Below, piece after piece: positions 1 through 8,954 of a DNA stretch of 53,562 nt. Every line of letters begins with the position of its first letter. The stretch's first letter is position 1. Where the stretch lies: contig JARKSN010000328.1 of the NCBI GenBank assembly GCA_029974275.1, forward strand, positions 1-53,562, in the 5' to 3' direction. Both the position numbers and the translations under genes were made by a program. The notes beneath the pieces were generated by a model. That model was given only the letters and a program-made list of their open reading frames with translations. It made no database searches and had not been told where the DNA came from. The stretch is from Candidatus Hydrogenedentota bacterium (lineage in GTDB: Bacteria; Hydrogenedentota; Hydrogenedentia; Hydrogenedentales; SLHB01).

Positions 1-129
1 AGCTGTCGCGTGCACCAGGACTTAGCGACAGCGACGAAGAGTTATCTCTTGACGAAGAACCGTAGAAACATCTTTACTTACGCAGCGCGTACGCTTGCGG
101 CTTACGGATATCTGATGTACACTTTGTGT

Positions 130-999
130 ATGGATAGGCAATCGCGAAACAAACGCCGCAGGGAGAGTGCCTCAACGGGATTTACGTTGATTGAGCTCTT
201 GGTGGTTATCTCCATCATCAGCATCTTGGCGGGCATCCTCCTGCCAGGTCTGGCCCGCGCCCGCGAGGCGGCGCGCCGGGCGAGTTGCGCGAGCAATCTG
301 CGCCAACTTGGCCTTTCCATCGCCATGTACGCGAACGAAAACCGCGGGACATTTCCTCCCATTCAATACCGCATCGGCGAAAACTGCCGGGATCGCAACA
401 CGCGCGTTTTCATGTTGAACGGTCCGCTGATGTATCCCGAATACTTCAACGACGCGCGCGTTTTGGTTTGTCCTTCCGGCGCCAATGGCACGGCGGCATT
501 CCACGCCGGCCGGTGGAGCCGCCCCGACGGCCCGGGAGGAAACCGCGCCGGCGGATCGATCGATCCGTGCCTGCTCGACACGCTCTCGTATTTTTACGTC
601 GGTTGGCTTCTGCGAGACGATTGGATTGCCGACCCTGCCACGCGAGACGCTTCTCGCAGCTTCGGCGATGCGGTGAAGCAACATTTCGAGATCGGCGACT
701 TCGACGCCGACTGGAGCTTTGTCGACGACGACGGGACGTCGCACGCCATCCTTCGGCTTCGCGACGGCATCGAGCGTTTTCTCATCACCGACATCAACAA
801 CCCGTCGAAAGGCGTGACGTCGCAGAGTTCCATTCCCGTGATGTTCGACAAGATCAGCCTCAACGTGATGGACTTCAACCACATTCCCGGCGGCGGAAAC
901 GTGTTGTTCATGGACGGTCACGTCGAATGGGCGCGGTATCCCGGCGTCTTTCCCATCAGCCGCGCATGGGCCGAACTGGTCGCCCTGCTCGGCCTGTAG
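130..999 (+). CDS. DUF1559-family prepilin-type N-terminal cleavage/methylation protein with C-terminal H-X9-DG motif
   Basis: Class III signal [23 protein letters not shown], followed by [21 protein letters not shown] and a C-terminal [16 protein letters not shown]. Start moved to ATG 130, which gives a short basic leader. Confidence 0.9.
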   Translation: MDRQSRNKRRRESASTGFTLIELLVVISIISILAGILLPGLARAREAARRASCASNLRQLGLSIAMYANENRGTFPPIQYRIGENCRDRNTRVFMLNGPLMYPEYFNDARVLVCPSGANGTAAFHAGRWSRPDGPGGNRAGGSIDPCLLDTLSYFYVGWLLRDDWIADPATRDASRSFGDAVKQHFEIGDFDADWSFVDDDGTSHAILRLRDGIERFLITDINNPSKGVTSQSSIPVMFDKISLNVMDFNHIPGGGNVLFMDGHVEWARYPGVFPISRAWAELVALLGL

Positions 1000-1017
1000 C
1001 CCCCCCGGCAGACAGGT

Positions 1018-2559
1018 TCAGCCAGAGAGAATCTTTCGATCCAGGCTTCGGTACTGCACCGCTTCCGCGACATGGGATTCGGCGATCGTTTCCGTCTCTG
1101 CCAGATCCGCGATGGTGCGGGCGATGCGGAGAATTTTGTCGTACGCGCGGACGCTGAGCCCAAGGCCGTCGATGGCGTGCTGAAGCAGTTTCTCCGCGCC
1201 GGGTTCGAGGAGACAGCTTTCGCGGACGGTTTTGGAATCGAGGTGGGCATTGCATGCGAAACGTCCGTCATGCCGCGCGCGTTGCCGGTCGCGCGCACGT
1301 TGCACGAAAGCGCGCACCTCGGCGCTACTCGCGCCGCTGGGTCGCCGATCCGCGATTTCATCGTAACTCAATGCGGGCACATCGACGTGCAGATCGATAC
1401 GGTCCAGCAACGGACCGCTGAGCCGCGACAGATAGCGCTGCACTTCGCCGGCCGAACATTGACACGCGACGCGCGGATGCGACCGGAAACCGCAGGGGCA
1501 CGGGTTGAGCGCGGCCACCAACAACATGCGGCTGGGAAAAATGACGCTGTACATCGCGCGCCGGACGTGGACCGCGCCGTCTTCGAGGGGCTGCCGAAGC
1601 ACTTCCAGCGCGCTGCGATGGAATTCGGGAAGCTCGTCAAGAAACAGCACGCCGTTATGCGCCAGGCTCACTTCGCCCGGCATGGGACGTTGACCTTGGC
1701 CGCCGCCGCTGATGGACGCCGTCGAGGCCGTGTGATGCGGCGCGCGGAAGGGGCGCTGCACGATGAGATGGCTGCCGTTGGCGAGCGCCCCGGCGACGCT
1801 GTAGATGCGCGTGGTCTCGAGGGCTTCTTCAAACGTCATGTCGGGCAAGATGGCGGGCAACCGCGACGCAAGCATCGTCTTGCCTGTGCCCGGCGGGCCA
1901 ACCATGAGCAGGTTGTGTCCGCCTGCGGCGGCGATGGCGAGCGCGCGCTTGACGTGGGCTTGGCCTTTCACGTCGCTGAGATCCGCGGCGGACCTTCGTC
2001 CCTCGCGAAATAGCGTCTCGATGTCGGTGACGTGCGGTTGAATCTCCAGCGCCCCCGACATGAAATCCACCGCCTCGCGCAACGATTCAACCGGCACAAC
2101 CTCGATGCCCGGCACGACGCCCGCTTCGTTCGCGTTGTCCTTGGGGAGCAAAATGCCGCGCAGTCCTTGATCGCGCGCGGCAAGGGCCATCGGCAAGGCG
2201 CCCGCAACAGGCCGAACGGCGCCGTTCAGGGCCAATTCGCCGGCCATCGCGTAGTCCGTCAGGCGACCGTTCCGCAACTGTTCGCTCGCCGTCAACAATC
2301 CCAGCGCAATGGGCAGGTCGAGCGCGCTGCCTTCCTTGCGGATATCCGCGGGGGCGAGGTTGACCAGCGTGACGCCGCGGGGCGCGCGGAATCCGGAGTT
2401 CTTGATCGCCGAAACGACGCGTTCTCGGCTTTCCTTGACGGACAGATCGGGCAGTCCAACCAAGGTGAATCGATTCGTTCCCGGCGAATTGTCGACTTCC
2501 ACGCTGACGGGATAGGCATCAATCCCCAGCACCGCGGAAGACAACGTCCTAACCAGCAT
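1018..2559 (-). CDS. comM: YifB/ComM family Mg-chelatase-like AAA+ ATPase
   Basis: VGLPDLSVKESRERV, NLAPADIRKEGSALDLPIA, Walker A GPPGTGKT, PGEVSLAHNGVLFLDE, NPCPCG, SGPLLDRIDL. Confidence 0.95.
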   Translation of the reverse strand: MLVRTLSSAVLGIDAYPVSVEVDNSPGTNRFTLVGLPDLSVKESRERVVSAIKNSGFRAPRGVTLVNLAPADIRKEGSALDLPIALGLLTASEQLRNGRLTDYAMAGELALNGAVRPVAGALPMALAARDQGLRGILLPKDNANEAGVVPGIEVVPVESLREAVDFMSGALEIQPHVTDIETLFREGRRSAADLSDVKGQAHVKRALAIAAAGGHNLLMVGPPGTGKTMLASRLPAILPDMTFEEALETTRIYSVAGALANGSHLIVQRPFRAPHHTASTASISGGGQGQRPMPGEVSLAHNGVLFLDELPEFHRSALEVLRQPLEDGAVHVRRAMYSVIFPSRMLLVAALNPCPCGFRSHPRVACQCSAGEVQRYLSRLSGPLLDRIDLHVDVPALSYDEIADRRPSGASSAEVRAFVQRARDRQRARHDGRFACNAHLDSKTVRESCLLEPGAEKLLQHAIDGLGLSVRAYDKILRIARTIADLAETETIAESHVAEAVQYRSLDRKILSG

Positions 2560-2594
2560 TATTTTCGATGCTCCTACGAACTTTCCCCGTTTTC

Positions 2595-2623
2595 ATCATA
2601 TGGGCCGCGTGCGAACGGGTCAA
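2595..2623 (-). promoter_or_regulatory. Putative sigma70 promoter of comM
   Basis: Minus strand TTGACC-N17-TATGAT, 35 bp upstream of the comM ATG. Confidence 0.6.
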
Positions 2624-2767
2624 CCTCGCAGAGCGCCGTCCCGGATTCTTCTCAAACGCGGAAGCGGGTCGTGATAGGGTGCGCGCAAGCAGAGATGTCT
2701 TCATCCGGACATCGTTCTGCGATAATCCTCGCGCGCCCCTGCAGGCGCGAACGAGCGAATCGGCGCG

Positions 2768-3337
2768 CTAGAAGGCGACGGAGGGGACCTCTCGGACTTT
2801 TTCGTCCTGTATTTCGAAAAATTCGCGCAACGCGAAGCCAAACATGCCCGCGACAATGTTGGATGGGAACATCTGCACGCGGTTGTTGTACTCGCGGACA
2901 TTGCCGTTGTAGAAGCGGTAGGCGGCCTGGATGCGGTCCTCGGTATTGGATAGTTCTCGCTGGAGTTCGAGAAAGTTCTGGTTCGCCTTAAGGTCGGGAT
3001 AGGCCTCGAGCCGCACCATCAACCCGCCCAACACGGCGTTCAATTTCGATTCCGTGGCGGCCTGGCTTGCGGGAGATCCGGTATTGTTCACGCAATCCTG
3101 ACGCAGGCGCGTCACTTCCTCGAGGAGGGAGCGCTCGTGGGTGGCGTAACCCTTTACGGTGTTCACGAGGTTGGGAATGAGATTGTACCGCCGCTGCAGT
3201 TCCGTCTGCACGTCGGACCAGGATTCGTCGACGGTGTTGCGCAAACGGACAAGGCCGTTGTAGACGACGATGAAAAAAAACACGGGAATCAGCGCAATGC
3301 CCAGGAGAACGAGGAAGCCCGCTCCGATGCCAGCCAT
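2768..3337 (-). CDS. lemA: LemA family protein
   Basis: N-terminal TM helix, YNGLVRLRN..ESWSDVQTELQRRYNLIPNLV, EAYPDLKANQNF, TEDRIQAAYRFYN, FPSNIVA. Confidence 0.95.
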   Translation of the reverse strand: MAGIGAGFLVLLGIALIPVFFFIVVYNGLVRLRNTVDESWSDVQTELQRRYNLIPNLVNTVKGYATHERSLLEEVTRLRQDCVNNTGSPASQAATESKLNAVLGGLMVRLEAYPDLKANQNFLELQRELSNTEDRIQAAYRFYNGNVREYNNRVQMFPSNIVAGMFGFALREFFEIQDEKVREVPSVAF

Positions 3338-3381
3338 TTCAGAACCTCCTTATGCGCGCGCCTGTGCGCGGCCGTGCGGCG

Positions 3382-4098
3382 TCACGTCGTGTATAGATAT
3401 TGAGGAAATAGGTTGCGGATATCAACCGCCTGATCGAGCCGCGCCATCACGTGCTCCGGCCGCAACCGCTGCTGAAAAATAAGCGCCAGGCAGGGGCCGT
3501 CGATCTCGATGCGCAGATCGCGGTGCGCCAGCAAATACTCCATCATGCGAGCGTGGCAGATGTCGAAAGCGAATTTCCGGTCCCGCGATCGCACCGTGAA
3601 CGCCCGTGAAAACGCAACCGACTCGAAATCAATGTCGTCGAATCCGATCATTTCCGCCAATCGCCCCAGGAAATTTTCCGGGTAGATGCGCAGTTCCGGG
3701 AAATGAAGCCCATGAACCAGGACAAAGACGCTGAGGTAATGATGCTGGGTGTGGCGGCGTCCTTTCGAATCGGTCGAGTGCGTCGCGTAATGATAGTCAA
3801 AAGCCTCGACGGGATGTTCCTTGTACACGCCCCGCAGTACATTGAAGGCATAGCGGGTGTCGCCTTGGCGCATGATGTCGAGGATCGCATATCGATGCGG
3901 CGCGGCGTCGTCGCGTCTGACGTAGGTCAAGTTCAGCGAGACCGCCAGCTGCGCAAAGGCTTCTCGGCGTTTGCGCTCGGCGATTGCGGCGAAAACCGCC
4001 CCAACCGCGGCAACTATCGCAAAGGCGACAAAGAAAACATACTGCCAGAAGTCTTCTCCAAACGGCCCCGTGGAAGATATGTTGGCATGCAGGCTCAC
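3382..4098 (-). CDS. Membrane-anchored hypothetical protein (DUF3137-like, LemA-associated)
   Basis: A single N-terminal TM helix, then a soluble domain with 'GFDDIDFESVAFSRAFTVRSRDRKFAFD'. GTG start at 4098 overlaps the upstream TGA (GTGA), indicating translational coupling. Confidence 0.7.
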   Translation of the reverse strand: MSLHANISSTGPFGEDFWQYVFFVAFAIVAAVGAVFAAIAERKRREAFAQLAVSLNLTYVRRDDAAPHRYAILDIMRQGDTRYAFNVLRGVYKEHPVEAFDYHYATHSTDSKGRRHTQHHYLSVFVLVHGLHFPELRIYPENFLGRLAEMIGFDDIDFESVAFSRAFTVRSRDRKFAFDICHARMMEYLLAHRDLRIEIDGPCLALIFQQRLRPEHVMARLDQAVDIRNLFPQYLYTT

Positions 4099-4706
4099 GA
4101 TGCGGCCTCGGAAGACGGGGACGATTCCGCAAACACCTGCGCCGAAAAACGGCATAGGCGCGCGTCGGCGCGGCTCCAGGCGTCTTCCGGATAGCCTGCC
4201 TTCTGGCAGACGGCTCGCAAAAATTCCTCCACGCTCCACCCGCGTTCCGCGGCGACCTGCGGCAAAAGAAGTCCGCCCCGGCTGCCCGGTCGCTCGATGT
4301 AAAGTCCGTCGCGTCCAATGACGATTTCGCTCACGTCGCGCACTCGCTTGAACGGCGTTTCCGGCGCATCGCCGGGGGCCAACGCCGAAATTTCGATCCG
4401 GATGCCGGAAAGTTCGGCCGCAGTCACCGGCGCGAAGCGGAAGTCGTGCGCGGCGGCGTTGATGGCGTTGTCGCGAACCGCTTCGGCCAGCGGCGTCCGG
4501 TTGACGATGGAACCGATGCAGCCGCGCAGATCACGCCCCGCATGTAGCGTGACGAAGGCCCCGCGTTTCTCGCGCAGCGCGTCCGTGAGGGGGTACGCCT
4601 CGATCGAGAGGGTTCGGCCTTCGCGGACGTGCGCCGTCAACGCATCCCGCGCGATGCGCAGCAACAGCCTTTCTTCCTCGGGAGTAAGCCGTTCAGCGCG
4701 TTCCAT
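4095..4706 (-). CDS. amrA: AmmeMemoRadiSam system protein A (AMMECR1 family)
   Basis: RGAFVTL, LRGCIG, DFRF, GRDGLYI, GLLLPQVA, FL..VCQKAG. Start at ATG 4706 (MERAERLTPEE). Confidence 0.92.
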   Translation of the reverse strand: MERAERLTPEEERLLLRIARDALTAHVREGRTLSIEAYPLTDALREKRGAFVTLHAGRDLRGCIGSIVNRTPLAEAVRDNAINAAAHDFRFAPVTAAELSGIRIEISALAPGDAPETPFKRVRDVSEIVIGRDGLYIERPGSRGGLLLPQVAAERGWSVEEFLRAVCQKAGYPEDAWSRADARLCRFSAQVFAESSPSSEAAS

Positions 4707-5775
4707 GTCGATCTCCCTCCGGCGTGCGCTCCTCTCCCGGGATGTTTGCGGAAGCGGCCTGGGGGGCAGGAGCCTCCTCGTTGCGCAGAGACGGAACGAA
4801 AAACCCCATGGTTGCGTAACTGATCGATGCGTCGTAGCTGCCGTTCGCCGCGCCGGAGACGCGATAATCCAAAAGCAGGGCGATCGCGTCTCGCGGCAGC
4901 AGCCGCATAAACAACGCAAACGCCGCGGCGCCGGGCACCCGGTTGCCGGTCTGCCGCATGTAGTCGCTCAACACGGCGATCCTGCGCGTTTTTATGACAT
5001 CGATGAGATCAAAATCCAGCGCGGCGATGCGTTCCGGGATGTTGTCCTCGAACGGTCGAAACCCGAAGACATTCCCGAAATGCGTCAGATTGGCCGCCAG
5101 CACGATCAGGGTTTTCGGCGTTTTGATCCCTCGCAGCGCCTCGACAAAACCGTCGATCGCTTTTTCGTCAAACGCCTCGTCGACTGCGGGCAGCGATCCC
5201 ACAACCACCGGGATCAGCTTGAACGACCCCAAGCGCGTCTGCAAAAAGGGCAACGCGACCTCGTAGCCGTATTCGAGTTCGTGCAGCGGCGTCCGGTTGA
5301 TGTGCGGGTTGTTGTAGGCGCGGTCTCGATAATTCACCGAACGGAGCGCGATGCCGGAGGTTTCCGCCAACTCGCGCATCGCGGGACCGTCGAGCGGAAC
5401 ATCGCCCAGCGGCGTGCGAAACGCTTGCACCGCAGGCAAACTCAGCCCCGTAAAATCCGCCACGTGCGTGGGGGTAATGACAATGACGCGATCGTAGGCC
5501 CCTTCCCGCACAAAGGCGAACGCGTGCGCCATCGCCTGGCCGCAGGCCGGGAATCCCCCCGCCGGCACAAGACAGGCCGCCATCCGGCCAGGAACCGCCG
5601 GAGCCTCGACCTGGTTCGTGTACAACTCGACGGCCGCGCGCAGGCTCTCGGCGGTGGCGGGATACAACGATCCCGGCGCCGCCGGCAAACGAACGCGCAC
5701 CGCGGCAGGGGCCGTTGCCGACATCCACGCCAGCCACACAAGCGCCCAGACCGTCCCTATCCAAACGCGTCGCAT
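4693..5775 (-). CDS. amrB: AmmeMemoRadiSam system protein B (MEMO1 family), signal-peptide-bearing and divergent
   Basis: R-x-PAAPGSLYP, TPLGDVPLD, EVALPFLQ, LIPVVVG, SISYAT match the MEMO fold. It has a hydrophobic N-terminal signal ending APA-A and lies next to amrA. Confidence 0.85.
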   Translation of the reverse strand: MRRVWIGTVWALVWLAWMSATAPAAVRVRLPAAPGSLYPATAESLRAAVELYTNQVEAPAVPGRMAACLVPAGGFPACGQAMAHAFAFVREGAYDRVIVITPTHVADFTGLSLPAVQAFRTPLGDVPLDGPAMRELAETSGIALRSVNYRDRAYNNPHINRTPLHELEYGYEVALPFLQTRLGSFKLIPVVVGSLPAVDEAFDEKAIDGFVEALRGIKTPKTLIVLAANLTHFGNVFGFRPFEDNIPERIAALDFDLIDVIKTRRIAVLSDYMRQTGNRVPGAAAFALFMRLLPRDAIALLLDYRVSGAANGSYDASISYATMGFFVPSLRNEEAPAPQAASANIPGEERTPEGDRHGTR

Positions 5776-5858
5776 CCCCTCCTCCCGCAGGCCGCCGCAC
5801 GAGCGGCCATCGCGATCCCCAATAGCGGTTCCAGCACGCCAGAAGCCGTTTTCTCTCG

Positions 5859-5923
5859 TAACGCGTTTTCAGAAAATCCATTTTCATGCCCGCAGGCGCT
5901 ACGCCGTTTCTGAAAACGCCTTA
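5859..5923. repeat. Inverted repeat / miniature element between lpdA and amrB
   Basis: GCGTTTTCAGAAA (5863-5875) and TTTCTGAAAACGC (5907-5919) form a perfect 13-bp IR, extendable to TAA/TTA ends with one mismatch. Confidence 0.6.
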
Positions 5924-5978
5924 TTATGACACATGCCGCCATCCTTTTCGCGCTGCGGCAAGCCAAGAGAAACGCGGG

Positions 5979-7361
5979 CTATGCGTGCACCTGTCTTCCG
6001 CTGACGGCGAGCGCCGCCTCTTTCAGGGCCTCGGAAACGGTGGGGTGGGCATGGCTAATGCGGGCGAGGTCCTCGCTGGAAGCGCCGAACGAAATGGCCG
6101 CGGCGGCTTCGGCGATGAGGTCGCCGGCGTGCGGGCCAATGACATGAACGCCCAAGATGCGATCGTCGCCGGCGTCGGCAAGCACCTTGACGCGTCCGTC
6201 GATCTCGTCGATGGTGCGGGCGCGCCCGTTGCCGCGGAAATGGAACACGCCTTTCCGGTAGGCGATTTCGGAAGACTTCAAATCGTCCTCGGATTTGCCC
6301 ACGGTGGCGATCTCGGGGTGGGTGTAGACGACGCCCGGGATCGCGTCGTAGTTGACGTGGCCGTACCCGGTCGCGAGGTATTCAACGCAGGCGACGCCCT
6401 CCTCTTCGGCCTTGTGCGCCAGCATCGGGCCGGGAATGACGTCGCCAATGGCGTAGATGCCGTCTTCGGACGTCGCGAAATGCGCGTCGACGGTGATGCG
6501 TCCGTGCTTGTCCGTAAGAACGTTCACGGTCTCCAGGCCCAGGTTGTCGATATGGGGAGCCCGGCCCACCGCCATGAGAACGCGGTCGGCATGCAACGGG
6601 GCGCTGTGCTCGATCTCGACGACGCACCGGCCCTCCTCAACGCGCGCGCCGAGAACGTTGCAGTCGAGACGGAACTCGAGGCCTTGGCGGGTGAAAATTT
6701 TGTGGGCGTCACGCGCGATATCGCTGTCAAGGCCTGGCAAAATGCGATCCATATATTCGACGACCGTGACTTTCGCGCCGAGACGCCGCCACACCGACCC
6801 GAGTTCCAAGCCGATATATCCCGCGCCGATGACGACAAGGTGTTCTGGAACTTCCGGATAGGCGAGAGCCTCCGTGCTGGTGGCGATACGATCGCCATCG
6901 AGTTCGACGCCTTTGAGACAGGCCGGACGGCTTCCCGTGGCGATAATGCTGTAGCGCGCGGCCAGTTCGACGTTGTCGATCCCTTCCACGACGACGCGGC
7001 CCGGTCCCGCGAAACGAGCGCGCCCCTGGTAGCGCGTGACCTTGTTCTTTTTGAAAAGCGCGTCGATGCCCTTGGCGAGCCCGTTGACAATGCCATCCTT
7101 GCGGCGCATCAACGCCTCCAAATCGAAGGAGACGTCGCCGTAGGAGATGCCGTCCGCGTGAAGGCCCTGCTTGAGTTCGTAGTAACGCTGACTCGATTCG
7201 AGCAAGGCCTTGCTGGGCATGCAGCCGATGCGCAGGCATGTGCCGCCGAGCTGCGGCTCCAACTCGACGCAGGCCGCATTCATGCCCAACTGCGCGGCGC
7301 GAATCGCCGCGACGTACCCGCCCGGCCCTGCGCCGATCACGATGAGATCATGTGAAATCAT
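5979..7361 (-). CDS. lpdA: Dihydrolipoyl dehydrogenase (E3)
   Basis: GAGPGGYVAAIRAAQLG, GGTCLRIGCMPSK redox disulfide, GAGYIGLELGS, HAHPTVSEA. Confidence 0.97.
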   Translation of the reverse strand: MISHDLIVIGAGPGGYVAAIRAAQLGMNAACVELEPQLGGTCLRIGCMPSKALLESSQRYYELKQGLHADGISYGDVSFDLEALMRRKDGIVNGLAKGIDALFKKNKVTRYQGRARFAGPGRVVVEGIDNVELAARYSIIATGSRPACLKGVELDGDRIATSTEALAYPEVPEHLVVIGAGYIGLELGSVWRRLGAKVTVVEYMDRILPGLDSDIARDAHKIFTRQGLEFRLDCNVLGARVEEGRCVVEIEHSAPLHADRVLMAVGRAPHIDNLGLETVNVLTDKHGRITVDAHFATSEDGIYAIGDVIPGPMLAHKAEEEGVACVEYLATGYGHVNYDAIPGVVYTHPEIATVGKSEDDLKSSEIAYRKGVFHFRGNGRARTIDEIDGRVKVLADAGDDRILGVHVIGPHAGDLIAEAAAAISFGASSEDLARISHAHPTVSEALKEAALAVSGRQVHA

Positions 7362-7440
7362 GGGGATGAAAACTCCTTCCGGTGACGGGTGGAAAAAAAT
7401 TCGTCAAGACCTGTCCCTGCGAATCCGCGAAACGGAGATT

Positions 7441-7476
7441 CGCCTGCGACTCCGGACGAGCGGGGCGTCGCAGGCG
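7441..7476. other. Intergenic stem-loop between sucB and lpdA
   Basis: CGCCTGCGAC ... GTCGCAGGCG, a perfect 10-bp stem. No U-tract follows on the coding (minus) strand, so it is more likely an mRNA stability or processing hairpin than a terminator. Confidence 0.5.
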
Positions 7477-7506
7477 CTTTGGGCATACGTAATGAATCAT
7501 GGCTCC

Positions 7507-8856
7507 TCACAATTCCAGCATGAGCCGCGCGGGAGCCTCGATGTCTTCCTTGATGCGGCGCAGAAACGTAACGGCCTCGCGGCCATCGACGATCCGGTGA
7601 TCGTAGGTCAGGGCGACGTACATCATCGGCCGGATGACGACTTGCCCCTCGCGGGCGACGGGACGGTCCTGAATCGCGTGCATGCCGAGAATGCCGCTTT
7701 GCGGCGGATTGACGATCGGGGTCGATAACAGCGATCCGTAAATGCCGCCGTTGCTGATCGTGAAGGTGCCCCCGCGCAATTCCTCGAGGGCGATCCGGTT
7801 CGCCTGAGCGCGCTCCGCGAAACCGGCGATGGCCTTCTCGATATCAAGGAAGGTCATGCGGTCCGCGTCGCGCAGGACCGGCACGACAAGGCCCTTGCCG
7901 CCGCCAATGGCAATGCCGATGTCGTAGTGCTTGTGATAGACGATGTCGGCGTCGTGTATCTCCGCGTTGATTTCGGGCGTCGTCTTGAGCGCGGCAACGG
8001 CCGCCTTCACGAAAAACGACATGAAGCCGAGTTTCACGCCGTGGCGTTCCATGAACTCCCGCTTGTGCTCATCCCGCAGCGCGATAACGGCGGACATGTC
8101 GACTTCGTTGAACGTCGTCAACAACGCCGCGGTCTGCTGCGCCTGCACAAGACGCTCCGCAATGCGACGGCGCATGGGCGTCATCGGAACGATTTCATCG
8201 GCGCGATCGGCGCTGGCGATCGCAGGGGGCGCAAAAGAAGCCCCCTCCTCCATCGCGGGGACCGCAGGCCGGCGCGCATGGGACGCCGCCGCGGGAGGCA
8301 GCTCGCGATGCACGGACTCGCGCCCCTTGGCGGCATGCAACACATCGCTTTTTTGGATGCGCCCCCCCGGCCCGGTCGCCTGAACGTCCTGGGGGCCAAG
8401 ACCGTATTGGGCCATGACGCGGCGCGCGGACGGCATGATGCGCGGCGCGCCCTCGAACGGAGTCGTCGCCACGGGCGGCGCATCGCCGGCAGGCGGCGTT
8501 TGCTGCGGCTCGTCCGCAGCGGCCTCGATATCGTTCGCCGCCTGCGGTTTCGCGGCGGAAACGGCCTTTTTTTTCGGACTTTTTGGCGGAGCCGCCGCGC
8601 GAGAAACCGGAGCCGGATCGGTTGCATCGATATGGGCGATGATTTCACCGATCCCTGCGGTCTCTCCGGTTTGCTTGAGCGTCCGGGCAAGCGTTCCGGC
8701 GGCAGGCGCGGAGACTTCGACCGTAGCCTTGTCGGATTCGATTTCGACGATCGGCTCGTCCTGCGCCACGGTCGCTCCAGGCTGGACGAGCCATCGTCCT
8801 ATCTGCACCTCGTGGATGGATTCGCCCATCTCGGGAACCTTCACCTCAACCGTCAT
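7507..8856 (-). CDS. sucB: 2-oxoglutarate dehydrogenase E2, dihydrolipoyllysine-residue succinyltransferase
   Basis: Lipoyl domain ([11 protein letters not shown]), E3-binding domain ([13 protein letters not shown]), catalytic [10 protein letters not shown]. Start at ATG 8856. Confidence 0.96.
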   Translation of the reverse strand: MTVEVKVPEMGESIHEVQIGRWLVQPGATVAQDEPIVEIESDKATVEVSAPAAGTLARTLKQTGETAGIGEIIAHIDATDPAPVSRAAAPPKSPKKKAVSAAKPQAANDIEAAADEPQQTPPAGDAPPVATTPFEGAPRIMPSARRVMAQYGLGPQDVQATGPGGRIQKSDVLHAAKGRESVHRELPPAAASHARRPAVPAMEEGASFAPPAIASADRADEIVPMTPMRRRIAERLVQAQQTAALLTTFNEVDMSAVIALRDEHKREFMERHGVKLGFMSFFVKAAVAALKTTPEINAEIHDADIVYHKHYDIGIAIGGGKGLVVPVLRDADRMTFLDIEKAIAGFAERAQANRIALEELRGGTFTISNGGIYGSLLSTPIVNPPQSGILGMHAIQDRPVAREGQVVIRPMMYVALTYDHRIVDGREAVTFLRRIKEDIEAPARLMLEL

Positions 8857-8954
8857 GTGCGCCAACTCCTTGCGTTTCGCGATGCGCATCGAGGCAGGCG
8901 TGCAGCCGGTCGCGCACGCACCGAGAAAAGCGCTTTCGCCTCCGCGAACATGGC

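Noticed and set aside
1018..2559. comM as a mobile-element integration hotspot
   Set aside because: The gene is intact and full length, with no att duplication or integrase beside it.
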